Virus record (IMG/VR): IMGVR_UViG_3300045988_162287
Source of the DNA: a virus
Direction: 5' to 3' (one strand)
Length of the DNA stretch: 55,761 nucleotides
Part shown: positions 44,356 to 52,813 of the stretch, piece by piece
Layout: every line of letters begins with the position of its first letter
Position numbering within the stretch: the first letter of the stretch is position 1
Translations under genes and position numbers: made by a program
Notes under the pieces: model-generated
Told to the model about the DNA's origin: nothing
Databases searched by the model: none
Seen by the model: only the letters and a program-made list of their open reading frames with translations

Positions 44356-44840
44356 TATTTGAACAGGACTGGAAGCCTTGGCCTAAAGATCCTAGAATAT
44401 TGGTATCCGATGAAGGCGATGTTCTTAGCTATCGCAGTGGGTCTTGGAAAAGATTAAAGCAAACCGATGGTGGAAGATATTTGACGGTTGGCATCAACAA
44501 TCCGACAGGAAAATCATACTTGGTTCATCGATTGGTCGCCGAGACATGGATCCCTAAAGAATCGGAAGATCTTGAAGTCAATCACATCAATGGCAACCGT
44601 TACGATAACCGAGTTGAGAATCTTGAATGGATCACCCATCAAGAAAACATCGACCATTCAAGAAAAACCGGTCTCGTTCCAAAAAGCTGTTCCACAAGAG
44701 TCCGAATTGTCGAAACCGGCGAGCTTTTCGATAGTGAAGCCGAATGCGCCAGAGCCATTGGTGGGCATTATAAAAATATTAGCAGCTGTCTTCATGGATG
44801 GCAAAAGACACATCTTGGATACCATTTCGAAAGGGGATGA
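44340..44840 (+). mobile_element. HNH homing endonuclease gene inserted in the PolB gene
   Basis: LVHRLVAETWIPKESEDLEVNHINGNRYDNRVENLEWITHQENIDHS (HNH_3-type) plus a C-terminal NUMOD1/IENR1-like VRIVETGELFDSEAECARAIG; GGAGA RBS. Confidence 0.8.
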
Positions 44841-44943
44841 ATGAAAATGCCGGTGGTGACAATAGACAAGATCAAAGTCGTTCCGAGAAGCAGCTATTTA
44901 TCATACTGGTTCTCGCCTTGTTCATCTATGGGAGGTAAAAACA

Positions 44944-45294
44944 ATGGGTAAGGTTTCGAGCTCCGAATCACCGGTTCGGTTCGTCAATGAAAACAAATAC
45001 AAGCATCCATCACATATCAGCGGAAGTTATCTATCACGATTGTTCCTTCACGGATATTTGATGGCACTTGGTATCGTCAGCACAAAACCAGATCCGAAGA
45101 AACGAGCTTTCTATGCTGAAGGGCTCGATGAAATCGATCTCATATCGCTTGTCGACGCCTATAACCATCATCTTGAAGGTGATGATGAACCGCTGAAGAT
45201 ATTTGGAAAGGAGCTACGACATGGGCGTAGCATGGATCTTCATTGGATACATCATCACATTGATATTCGTGATGTTGGTCATTCATGGAGGTGA
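44944..45294 (+). CDS. Hypothetical protein encoded within the PolB insertion
   Basis: GGGAGGT RBS, 116 aa, His-rich C-terminus, no recognised motif. Confidence 0.4.
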   Translation: MGKVSSSESPVRFVNENKYKHPSHISGSYLSRLFLHGYLMALGIVSTKPDPKKRAFYAEGLDEIDLISLVDAYNHHLEGDDEPLKIFGKELRHGRSMDLHWIHHHIDIRDVGHSWR

Positions 45295-45300
45295 TGACCG

Positions 45301-46401
45301 ATGGTAGAGAAAGAGGAACATCGTCTTGGCGGCATGTTCGGCAATGTCGGACTGCTCGACATCTCATCCATGCATCCTAGTTCGATCGTGGCCATGAATC
45401 TCTTCGGTCCATATACCGAACGGTTCGACGCCATCCGACAGGCCCGTATCTCCATCAAGCATAAAGACTTCGATCGATGTCTTGATATTTTCAGGAAATT
45501 CGTTCCCGAGGAACGCCTCAAGGATCTCGAACCCGTGCTCAAGGGCGAGGATTCCAAGGCGCTGGCCCAAGCTCTGAAGATCGCCATCAACGCGGTCTAC
45601 GGCCTGACCAGCGCCTCGTTCCCCACCCGGTTCAACGATGCGGCCAATCCGAACAACCGCAATCTCGACAACAAAGTCGCCAAACGAGGCGCCTTGTTCA
45701 TGATTGCGCTCAAGCACAAGGTACAGGAGCTCGGATACACCGTGGTCCACATCAAAACCGATTCGATCAAGATCGCCGATGTGGACCGCGATATCATCGA
45801 CTTCGTTACCGCCATGGGTAAACAATACGGATACAACTTCGAATTGGAGTCCATTTATGACAAGATGTGCATCGTCAACAAGTCCACCTACATCGCTCAT
45901 TCAGCCTACGGTGAGCACTGTGGTGAGTGGACCGCTACTGGGTTGCAGTTCCAAGTTCCTTATGTCTTTAAGACCCTGTTTACCAAAGAGCCCGTCGCTC
46001 TGGAGGATTTCCGAGAGACTAAATCGGCTCAGTCCAACATTTTCCTCGATTTCAACGAGGGACTTGGACCGGACGAGCATCATTACAGCTTTGTTGGTAA
46101 GGTTTCGGCCTTTTCCCCCGTCAAAGCGGGATGCGGAGGAGGTCTACTGGTACGTGAGAACAATAGAGGCGGTTACGATGCGGTATCTGGAACAAAAGGA
46201 TATCGCTGGAAGGAGTACTCGGTCATCCGAGACAATGGTCTTTCTTCAGAGATTGATCGATCGTATTACGAGCGATTAGCCAATGATGCCATCGACACCA
46301 TCGAACAATACGGATCGTACGAATGGCTGATCGACGAGAGTAGTCCATATTCCTCGCCGAATCCGGCATCGAACGATCTCATGAAGAGGCTGGCTACATG
46401 A
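45301..46401 (+). CDS. Family-B DNA polymerase, downstream (palm/fingers/thumb) half
   Basis: LGGMFGNVGLLDISSMHPSSI (motif A D..S[LM].PS), KIAINAVYGLT (motif B K...N..YG), VVHIKTDSIKI (motif C TDS); own GGAGG RBS 9 nt before the ATG. Confidence 0.8.
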   Translation: MVEKEEHRLGGMFGNVGLLDISSMHPSSIVAMNLFGPYTERFDAIRQARISIKHKDFDRCLDIFRKFVPEERLKDLEPVLKGEDSKALAQALKIAINAVYGLTSASFPTRFNDAANPNNRNLDNKVAKRGALFMIALKHKVQELGYTVVHIKTDSIKIADVDRDIIDFVTAMGKQYGYNFELESIYDKMCIVNKSTYIAHSAYGEHCGEWTATGLQFQVPYVFKTLFTKEPVALEDFRETKSAQSNIFLDFNEGLGPDEHHYSFVGKVSAFSPVKAGCGGGLLVRENNRGGYDAVSGTKGYRWKEYSVIRDNGLSSEIDRSYYERLANDAIDTIEQYGSYEWLIDESSPYSSPNPASNDLMKRLAT

Positions 46402-46484
46402 CCTGGCCTGATGCAATCATCGTTATATTTCTGGTCGCTCTCATGCTGGTCATCAGCTGGTTCTGCGATCACTATCATTTCTAA
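46398..46484 (+). CDS. 28-aa membrane peptide (below the ORF-track cutoff)
   Basis: MTWPDAIIVIFLVALMLVISWFCDHYHF; ATGA overlap with the polymerase stop. Confidence 0.35.
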   Translation: MTWPDAIIVIFLVALMLVISWFCDHYHF

Positions 46485-46506
46485 ACACTACAAAAGGAGT
46501 TCATCC

Positions 46507-46947
46507 ATGAGTATCAACTTTATTTTCGGACTGATTCTAGCCATGGTCATCGGAACAATTGTCAGTTATCTGGTGATCCAAGGAACTGACTTTTTAATCC
46601 GTTATATTCGCAAGAAGAATCTCTGTAAAAACAGCACTTATCTCAAAGACTGGCGTATCGTTGATTTCGATCCCGATATTCCTGCGGTTCAGATCAACGC
46701 CGAGGAGTTCACCGATGACGAAGTGATACTCGATGCGCGAGACTGGTGCAAGGAGGACGATCGGATTGTCTTCATCATGGTCAAGACCGCTGATAAGGCG
46801 AATCTGGTGACCAAGAACGGAGTGCGTGACGCCACTGATATTTACAATAAGTTCCACAAGGAGGAGAACAATGAGCCGGAAGATGAAGACGCTGATCGGA
46901 ATGACGATCGCGACGACAATGATTCTTCTGATGAAGATCGTCAGTAG
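46507..46947 (+). CDS. N-terminally anchored protein with an acidic tail
   Basis: AAAGGAG RBS; TM helix INFIFGLILAMVIGTIVSYLVI. Confidence 0.55.
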   Translation: MSINFIFGLILAMVIGTIVSYLVIQGTDFLIRYIRKKNLCKNSTYLKDWRIVDFDPDIPAVQINAEEFTDDEVILDARDWCKEDDRIVFIMVKTADKANLVTKNGVRDATDIYNKFHKEENNEPEDEDADRNDDRDDNDSSDEDRQ

Positions 46948-47140
46948 CATCACCTGGATCCGAAACCATATTCTCAAGATGCATGACGAATGCGACGAGC
47001 TTCGCAGAATCAGCGATGATATTTATACACAGGGATTGAGGATCACGGAATCGATCAATGAACTCGGTTACGATCCCAATGCCGAATGCGATATCAACGA
47101 CGATTCAAACTTCTCCGACATGGGTGATTGTAATGATTGA
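46871..47140 (+). CDS. Membrane-anchored small protein overlapping the previous gene by 77 nt
   Basis: AAGGAGGAG RBS; MSRKMKTLIGMTIATTMILLMKIV. Confidence 0.45.
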   Translation: MSRKMKTLIGMTIATTMILLMKIVSSITWIRNHILKMHDECDELRRISDDIYTQGLRITESINELGYDPNAECDINDDSNFSDMGDCND

Positions 47141-47363
47141 TTTGACGAATTGTTTGATATGTCTATCAATGGTGGCCGTCGCCTTTATCGGACTCCTGGT
47201 AGACTGGTTGATCACGCCGACCGACGAATACGTCAATGACGCACCGTATCGACATTTGCTGTGGATCATCGAAAACCGGATTCATCGAGGCAAGCATGCC
47301 CGTAGATGGACGCATCCGACCATTTGGTGGGCGGATTATCCGCGACATAAACATATGCTATAA
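47133..47363 (+). CDS. Membrane-anchored small protein
   Basis: ATGATTGA overlap with the upstream stop; TM helix LICLSMVAVAFIGLLVDWLI. Confidence 0.45.
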   Translation: MIDLTNCLICLSMVAVAFIGLLVDWLITPTDEYVNDAPYRHLLWIIENRIHRGKHARRWTHPTIWWADYPRHKHML

Positions 47364-47368
47364 TGAAG
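47339..47368 (+). promoter_or_regulatory. Conserved promoter-like motif, copy 7
   Basis: tccgcgacataaacatatgctataatgaag. Confidence 0.55.
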
Positions 47369-47395
47369 AGTTATAGTGTATGAAAGGAGTCCACC

Positions 47396-47596
47396 ATGGA
47401 CAAGAAAGATATGTTCACCATCGCCAGCGATGTTATCGCGGGTGCTGCCAGTGCGATCGTGATCGTTCTCGCCTATAAGGAATACAAGACGACCATGAAC
47501 GATCACGAACGCATCGAGCATCTGGAGGATACCGTAAAGTGGATGGTCCAGAACGATCTCAATCTCCAAAAGGAATCCGATCAGAGCAAGAACTGA
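47396..47596 (+). CDS. Small membrane protein
   Basis: GAAAGGAG RBS; IASDVIAGAASAIVIVLAY. Confidence 0.55.
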   Translation: MDKKDMFTIASDVIAGAASAIVIVLAYKEYKTTMNDHERIEHLEDTVKWMVQNDLNLQKESDQSKN

Positions 47597-47604
47597 TCAA
47601 CATT

Positions 47605-47640
47605 ATAGGCCCGTGCATCAACGCATGGGCCTATATTTTT
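47605..47640 (+). terminator. Hairpin + T-run
   Basis: ataggcccgtgcatcaacgcatgggcctatattttt. Confidence 0.65.
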
Positions 47641-47656
47641 ATGAAAGGAGCAAACC

Positions 47657-47824
47657 ATGAAACAGCGTACCATCGACACCGCCCGAGAGGCGAGACTCTG
47701 GATTAGGGACATCATCGTCCCTGCGGTCGGAGTCATCGCATTCGTCGCGCTCAACACAGGAGCCAACGAACGGTTTAAGTCAGTGATGGATCATATCCGC
47801 AACAGGAAGCCGGGCCGGCCGTGA
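47657..47824 (+). CDS. 55-aa membrane protein (below the ORF-track cutoff)
   Basis: GAAAGGAG RBS; MKQRTIDTAREARLWIRDIIVPAVGVIAFVALNTG... Confidence 0.45.
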   Translation: MKQRTIDTAREARLWIRDIIVPAVGVIAFVALNTGANERFKSVMDHIRNRKPGRP

Positions 47825-48024
47825 AAGAAAACGAACTCAACGAGCTCAACGAGCTCATGGGATGTGACTGCGACTACGACATTTGCCCCCATGATGTATA
47901 TTTCAAGGACCACAGGATCGTTGCCGTGTTCATCTGCACCGGTTGCGGCAAACAGGTGATGGTCGAAGGTCCCATTGAAACCATCTACGACATCACCGTA
48001 ACCCGGCATAAACGCAAGGATTGA
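47821..48024 (+). CDS. Small Cys-rich (zinc-ribbon-like) protein
   Basis: GTG start overlapping the upstream stop (GTGA); CDCDYDICPH...CTGCG. Confidence 0.4.
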   Translation: MKENELNELNELMGCDCDYDICPHDVYFKDHRIVAVFICTGCGKQVMVEGPIETIYDITVTRHKRKD

Positions 48025-48083
48025 TCATGGACTTCAACATTCATATTTCACCGAAATTCCGCAAATCAAAGAAGGAGACCACC

Positions 48084-48269
48084 ATGGACGACAAGACCAT
48101 CAACGTCAACGACGAGATCAACAAGGCGGGAAGCACCGTCATGGGTTTCATCGAACAACATCCGGAATCGCTGATCGTAGCGGCTGGAGCCATTTTCTAC
48201 GTAGGATACAACATCGGCCGCAACAAGTCGATGATGGATGTCATGCGCATTGCCGCCATGAGTGATTGA
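48084..48269 (+). CDS. Small membrane protein
   Basis: GAAGGAG RBS; LIVAAGAIFYVGYNIG. Confidence 0.45.
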   Translation: MDDKTINVNDEINKAGSTVMGFIEQHPESLIVAAGAIFYVGYNIGRNKSMMDVMRIAAMSD

Positions 48270-48299
48270 TTCGCGATAAGGTCATCGCTTATAATGAAG
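48270..48299 (+). promoter_or_regulatory. Conserved promoter-like motif, copy 8
   Basis: ttcgcgataaggtcatcgcttataatgaag. Confidence 0.55.
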
Positions 48300-48323
48300 G
48301 ATATTCATAGGAAAGGAACAACG

Positions 48324-48536
48324 ATGACTATTGAACTGCTCGACTATCAGGTCGTGGCCCTCATCCTGATCGGCGTATGCATCGGTTCACTCGTCTGGTA
48401 TATTATCGATCTCAGGTCCGAACACAAGGACATGAGCCGAAGGGAATTCGCCAAGCGGGTGTTCCGTGAATTCGCCGGTCTCGGATTCGAAGACCGCGTC
48501 GTGAAGTCCGACAATCATGGAATCGATCTCGACTGA
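48324..48536 (+). CDS. Small membrane protein
   Basis: GGAAAGGAA RBS; VVALILIGVCIGSLVWYII. Confidence 0.5.
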   Translation: MTIELLDYQVVALILIGVCIGSLVWYIIDLRSEHKDMSRREFAKRVFREFAGLGFEDRVVKSDNHGIDLD

Positions 48537-48551
48537 TTTGTCCATTAAACA

Positions 48552-48590
48552 ATATGGGCCTGTGCGACCGACGCATGGGCCCATATTTTT
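48552..48590 (+). terminator. Hairpin + T-run
   Basis: atatgggcctgtgcgaccgacgcatgggcccatattttt. Confidence 0.65.
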
Positions 48591-48605
48591 CAGAAAGGAT
48601 TGTCA

Positions 48606-48914
48606 ATGATCCAATTCCCGCCAATGGAGACCTTCGACGACGGTGAACTCGACGATGGCAAGAAGCTGGCGAAGAAGGTGCTGGAGGAATCGGCCGAACT
48701 GATGGTCGCCTCGCAGCACGATACGCGTGAGCACATGCTGGATGAATTCGCGGACGTCCTCCAGACGCTGGTGAACTTCTACAAGTACTCTGGCATCACC
48801 AATGAGGAAATCGCCTCGGCCATTAAGCGCTGCAACGAAAAGAACATTGCGCGAGGCCGGATGACCGATCCGAGACCGTTCGTCGATCGAGTGACCACGT
48901 TCGCCGCAAAGTGA
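48606..48914 (+). CDS. mazG: MazG-like nucleotide pyrophosphohydrolase
   Basis: VLEESAELMVA...MLDEFADVLQTLVNF matches the EE..EL / DE.ADVL metal-binding helices of MazG-type NTP-PPases. Confidence 0.6.
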   Translation: MIQFPPMETFDDGELDDGKKLAKKVLEESAELMVASQHDTREHMLDEFADVLQTLVNFYKYSGITNEEIASAIKRCNEKNIARGRMTDPRPFVDRVTTFAAK

Positions 48915-48949
48915 TATTTTCTAACCAAACCAACGAAAGGAACAGAATA

Positions 48950-49537
48950 ATGGCAGTCGAAAAGTATGTGGATTCCCGTGGTCGTGTGTCGTACCGCATT
49001 CGTGGGGCGAAACTCATCTATCCGAACTTCGCCGGTAACGGAGGTCAGTTCAATGATGAGGGCAATCGCAACTTCAACATTGAGCTGACTCAGGACGAAT
49101 TTGATTTCCTGACCGACGAGGGGTTCCGTCCCCGCATGCGTGAGAAGATCGACGCTGATCCTCAGCTCCTGCTCAAGGTCAACGTCAAGTTCAAGGACGA
49201 TCCGGCCGATACAAGGAATCCGAAGATCCTGTTCAAGACCCAGTACGGCAACAAGCGCCTGTGGGCCGAACATAAGAAGGCCGTGGTGCAGGGTGAGGAG
49301 ATCGACCTCAGCCCGGTTGATATTCTGGACTGGGCCGACATCGAGAACGTCAATCTGTCGTTCTCCGCATACCGCGGTAAGATGTCGGATCACAACACCG
49401 CATATTTGCAGATGCTCATCGCAACCAAGCATGAGGATCCGTTCGAGGACGAGTTCTATGACAACGACGAACCGGATACGGCCCTCAACACCATGACCTT
49501 CCAGAAGGTCGATGCGGACCTGAAGTCCATCGAGTAA
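48950..49537 (+). CDS. Single-stranded DNA-binding protein candidate (DUF2815/gp2.5-like)
   Basis: About 195 aa, AAAGGAA RBS, OB-like beta pattern, acidic DPFEDEFYDNDEPD segment, located in the replication module. Confidence 0.4.
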   Translation: MAVEKYVDSRGRVSYRIRGAKLIYPNFAGNGGQFNDEGNRNFNIELTQDEFDFLTDEGFRPRMREKIDADPQLLLKVNVKFKDDPADTRNPKILFKTQYGNKRLWAEHKKAVVQGEEIDLSPVDILDWADIENVNLSFSAYRGKMSDHNTAYLQMLIATKHEDPFEDEFYDNDEPDTALNTMTFQKVDADLKSIE

Positions 49538-49553
49538 ACCATATTTCCATCAT

Positions 49554-49600
49554 AGGGCATGGGCGGCGTCATCGCGCGTCGGTCATGCCCTCTTATTTTT
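49554..49600 (+). terminator. Hairpin + T-run
   Basis: agggcatgggcggcgtcatcgcgcgtcggtcatgccctcttattttt. Confidence 0.6.
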
Positions 49601-49611
49601 AGGAGCGTATT

Positions 49612-49845
49612 ATGGCGCCAGCGAATGTATTCGATCGGGCAAGACGATATCTTGGATGCCACCCAAACGCATCGCTGCTCATCACCGACGCATGGGAGAT
49701 CACGCCGGATCATCATGAATGTGAAGTGATGTGCTGTCGATGCGAACGATCGACGCACTTCGATATTTCCAAGAATGAGTATCGACAAATGGATAATCGC
49801 AAGCCATGGACTTTTGAACAGGATGGCGATCGTGGACGAGATTAA
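49612..49845 (+). CDS. Small Cys/His-rich protein
   Basis: TAGGAG RBS; HHECEVMCCRCERSTH. Confidence 0.5.
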   Translation: MAPANVFDRARRYLGCHPNASLLITDAWEITPDHHECEVMCCRCERSTHFDISKNEYRQMDNRKPWTFEQDGDRGRD

Positions 49846-49852
49846 CTGGGGT

Positions 49853-50083
49853 ATGATGCCGGTATATCTACTACTCAACTTTGTTGGAGGAGTCCTCGCC
49901 ATGGGAGCATACTGCGAATTCGTCGGCGAATGGGACCAACCCGCAAGAACAGTCCTTCTCGTCATCGGAGGAACGTTCGTAGTGCTCTGTATCGTCGAGT
50001 TCCTCTGCTGGCTGTTCCATATTCCCGCATGGATCTACAAAGGATTGACGTGGATCCATGACAAGACAGAACCAAAGGAGTAA
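49853..50083 (+). CDS. Multi-pass small membrane protein (start uncertain: 49823 or 49853)
   Basis: MMPVYLLLNFVGGVLAMGAY...VLLVIGGTFVVLCIVEFLCWLF. Confidence 0.4.
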   Translation: MMPVYLLLNFVGGVLAMGAYCEFVGEWDQPARTVLLVIGGTFVVLCIVEFLCWLFHIPAWIYKGLTWIHDKTEPKE

Positions 50084-50086
50084 ATT

Positions 50087-50380
50087 ATGACCGAAAATCA
50101 TATTCCCGCAGGCCCGATGGTTGAGATCCGTGACGCGGACTTCGATGCCATCCGCAAGGAGCTGCACGACGAACACAAGCTTCATTGCGAATCAGAATAC
50201 GATCCTTATATTTGGATCGACACGAACCATGCATGGAGTGATGGACGCAACATCTATGTCAATGCGGGATGCCAGAACTGTATGAAGGGATCGGATCGGA
50301 CGCCAGTCAGGGAAGACCCGAAGTTCCATATTCAGGCCAAAACGACCAGAAGGAGACGCTCAAATGATAGTTCTCATTAA
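50087..50380 (+). CDS. Hypothetical protein
   Basis: AAAGGAG RBS, 97 aa. Confidence 0.5.
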   Translation: MTENHIPAGPMVEIRDADFDAIRKELHDEHKLHCESEYDPYIWIDTNHAWSDGRNIYVNAGCQNCMKGSDRTPVREDPKFHIQAKTTRRRRSNDSSH

Positions 50381-50531
50381 CGCTATAATCACCGTTTTCT
50401 CGGCCCTTCTGGTCATACCCATAGTTTTAATCGTTTCGATCGCGTTCGCCTCTCTACGGGCCCTTAAAATGGCTCACAAGGCCGAAAATCGACGCATCCA
50501 GAATCTACAAGGCCGACATATTCGGAGGTGA
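50364..50531 (+). CDS. 55-aa membrane protein (below the ORF-track cutoff)
   Basis: AGGAGA RBS; MIVLINAIITVFSALLVIPIVLIVSIAFASL... Confidence 0.4.
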   Translation: MIVLINAIITVFSALLVIPIVLIVSIAFASLRALKMAHKAENRRIQNLQGRHIRR

Positions 50532-50534
50532 ATC

Positions 50535-50813
50535 GTGTTTTTCAAAAACATATTATTAATTATCCTGATTCTGTTGATCGGATTGGCGTTCTTTCGTTCG
50601 CTATGTTTTATTCAGCGCGGATGGGATGGATCGCCGATGCGAGATTTCATACACAATATCATGGACGATCATGTTCCTGAAGATCATGTCGATTTTGACG
50701 GAGCATCGATTCACTCGAAATGTAAGATCTGCAACAAAATGATCCTTCAGGACTCGCAGGGAAATTGGTTTTCTGTTGCAGTCGATAAGGAGGCTCCTCA
50801 TGGATCCCGATAG
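50535..50813 (+). CDS. Membrane-anchored protein with a CxxC motif
   Basis: GTG start after GGAGGTGA; ILLIILILLIGLAFF; CKICNK. Confidence 0.45.
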   Translation: MFFKNILLIILILLIGLAFFRSLCFIQRGWDGSPMRDFIHNIMDDHVPEDHVDFDGASIHSKCKICNKMILQDSQGNWFSVAVDKEAPHGSR

Positions 50814-51015
50814 GAAACCAACAATCTGGCAATACGCACGACGGAAATTCGTCGATTGCCAGTGTCTCTGCGTGCTTATGACAAGCATGCCGATTGTTAG
50901 GGATGGATGGATCAGCTACATGGCCATCTGTCCGGAATGCAACGAACGGAAGTATATTCACACGAAGGTCGAGGATGTAGATCTCGATTTTCTCTATTTG
51001 AAAGCGGGTGAATAA
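50800..51015 (+). CDS. Small Cys-rich protein
   Basis: AAGGAGG RBS; CQCLC...CPECNE. Confidence 0.45.
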   Translation: MDPDRKPTIWQYARRKFVDCQCLCVLMTSMPIVRDGWISYMAICPECNERKYIHTKVEDVDLDFLYLKAGE

Positions 51016-51272
51016 TGAGCTCGACAACGACACTTTATGTATTGACCATCAGCTATCGCAAGGGATTTACCATCAACGGAGCCGCGAACCATTCCATTGT
51101 CCCCGATGACACGATCATCGAACAATGGTTTCCATACAAACCGACGCTTTCCGAAATCAAAGAGGTCATTCCGGACCTCAACAGTGACGTAAACTGGATC
51201 GCCCTCGACAAACGGGAGGTCGAGATCAGGAAGACCACGCTGCTCGGCATCACCAATCCAAAGAATATCTGA
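51015..51272 (+). CDS. Hypothetical protein
   Basis: TAATG overlap with the upstream gene, 85 aa. Confidence 0.45.
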   Translation: MSSTTTLYVLTISYRKGFTINGAANHSIVPDDTIIEQWFPYKPTLSEIKEVIPDLNSDVNWIALDKREVEIRKTTLLGITNPKNI

Positions 51273-51334
51273 TATTTTCGAAAGGAGACAACCATGAATG
51301 ATTCCATCGAGACTGAGAAATCGGTGATGTGATC

Positions 51335-51829
51335 ATGCCAACGCCTGATCAATTTCGAGCAGCACGAACCCTGCTCGGTCTTACACAGTATCGTTGTCGG
51401 GAAATGATGGGCATCAGCACCCAGGCAATACGCGACATCGAGAGTATCTACGGCAAGCATCAGCCCGAGCGTCCCTACTCCCAGTACTATAATCTCTGGT
51501 TGCGAGAGTACGCCAGGATGGTCAAACCGGAGCTGCTCGGCGCCGTGGACAGTATTCTCGGCAACGACAACTTCGCCAGAATGTTCCGTGTGGTCGAGCC
51601 GACACTTCGCACCGAGAATCGGACCGTGATCAACGAACTCGACCTGACGTTCCCGACGACAGCCGACTGTGCGCGATGGCTTATCGAACACGGGCATAGC
51701 AATGGACGTGTAGAGAACGTGGCCCAGCGAATCAGGAATGCCATTAATGGTACGGGATCCTCAACCTATCTCGGATTCACGTACCGTTATGACAATCCGC
51801 CGCAAGACGAAACCACATTGGATATTTAG
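51335..51829 (+). CDS. XRE-type HTH DNA-binding protein
   Basis: QFRAARTLLGLTQYRCREMMGISTQAIRDIES is a classic HTH_3 pattern; preceded by a 12-codon mini-ORF with a strong RBS. Confidence 0.55.
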   Translation: MPTPDQFRAARTLLGLTQYRCREMMGISTQAIRDIESIYGKHQPERPYSQYYNLWLREYARMVKPELLGAVDSILGNDNFARMFRVVEPTLRTENRTVINELDLTFPTTADCARWLIEHGHSNGRVENVAQRIRNAINGTGSSTYLGFTYRYDNPPQDETTLDI

Positions 51830-51837
51830 GAGTAATC

Positions 51838-52464
51838 ATGAACAAGTACGTCCATCTGACTTATATCATTCGCAACGATGCCGATCTCACCTTCTATCGC
51901 ACCGAGAACCAGATGAACAATCTGCTCGCGTTGTATCGGAAATTCAATGCCCTGGGATTGGACCCAGGACCGATTTGTGATGTGCAATATGTCATGAGTC
52001 CGACAAGTGATATGGAGGACGTCCTCCATATCGATCTCGACGTCACCGACATGAACGAGGTCACGGTACTTCGGGAGGCCAACGTCTTCGCCGATGTATT
52101 CGATAAGGTCGACAGCATATTGATCAACCAGACCGATATCACGACCATGTTCGTCGGTCTGGAAATCGGCATGCGCATGACCGCCGAGAGCAGAGCGCAC
52201 TTCGCCGATCGCATCAAATATAGCTGCGTCTGCACGACTGATCAGATCGTCAGATCCATGGACACTCTGGAAGGTACTATCTTCTATATTTGGGATAAGA
52301 AGACCAACCGTCCGATGCGCGACATCAACGTCGACGGCATATGGGACGAGTTCCTGAGCGAGATCGAGAACGTCTACGATCTGGACTCGAAGGATCGCCC
52401 CACGATGAAGTACGTCGTCATGAACTGCCAATTCGAACCCAAGATCATCAAAGCGAGCCTTTGA
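51838..52464 (+). CDS. Hypothetical protein
   Basis: TAGGAG RBS, 208 aa. Confidence 0.5.
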   Translation: MNKYVHLTYIIRNDADLTFYRTENQMNNLLALYRKFNALGLDPGPICDVQYVMSPTSDMEDVLHIDLDVTDMNEVTVLREANVFADVFDKVDSILINQTDITTMFVGLEIGMRMTAESRAHFADRIKYSCVCTTDQIVRSMDTLEGTIFYIWDKKTNRPMRDINVDGIWDEFLSEIENVYDLDSKDRPTMKYVVMNCQFEPKIIKASL

Positions 52465-52510
52465 TGGCCGGGTTCTTCGGATTCGTCGATAATTAGTACA
52501 AGGAACAATC

Positions 52511-52813
52511 ATGATTGAAATCTTAATTGCTGTTCTACTGCTCCTGGCGATCTTTATGATGATCTTTGCGGTGTTGCTGATAAGTGCCTATATCGTCAAT
52601 TCCCTGGTCAAGGAGTTGACGGTATACGACAATATCGCAGACATGATCAAGGCTAGGAAAGGTGTGCCTTGCAGTATCTATCACGGCAGTCTCTATGGTG
52701 ACCGGCTGTGCTGCGGCAACTGCAATAGCTATATCGAATCAGACTATAAAGTGTGTCCCAACTGCCATTATCGAATCATTATACCTGAGGCGTTAAGGAG
52801 CAATAATGATTGA
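52511..52813 (+). CDS. Membrane-anchored zinc-ribbon protein
   Basis: ILIAVLLLLAIFMMIFAVLLISAYIV; CCGNCNS...CPNCH. Confidence 0.5.
   Translation: MIEILIAVLLLLAIFMMIFAVLLISAYIVNSLVKELTVYDNIADMIKARKGVPCSIYHGSLYGDRLCCGNCNSYIESDYKVCPNCHYRIIIPEALRSNND

Noticed and set aside
44281-45315. Intein in the DNA polymerase
   Set aside because: The insertion is not in frame with the flanking polymerase sequence: there are stop codons and separate RBSs. It also lacks the N-terminal Cys/Ser and C-terminal His-Asn intein signatures.
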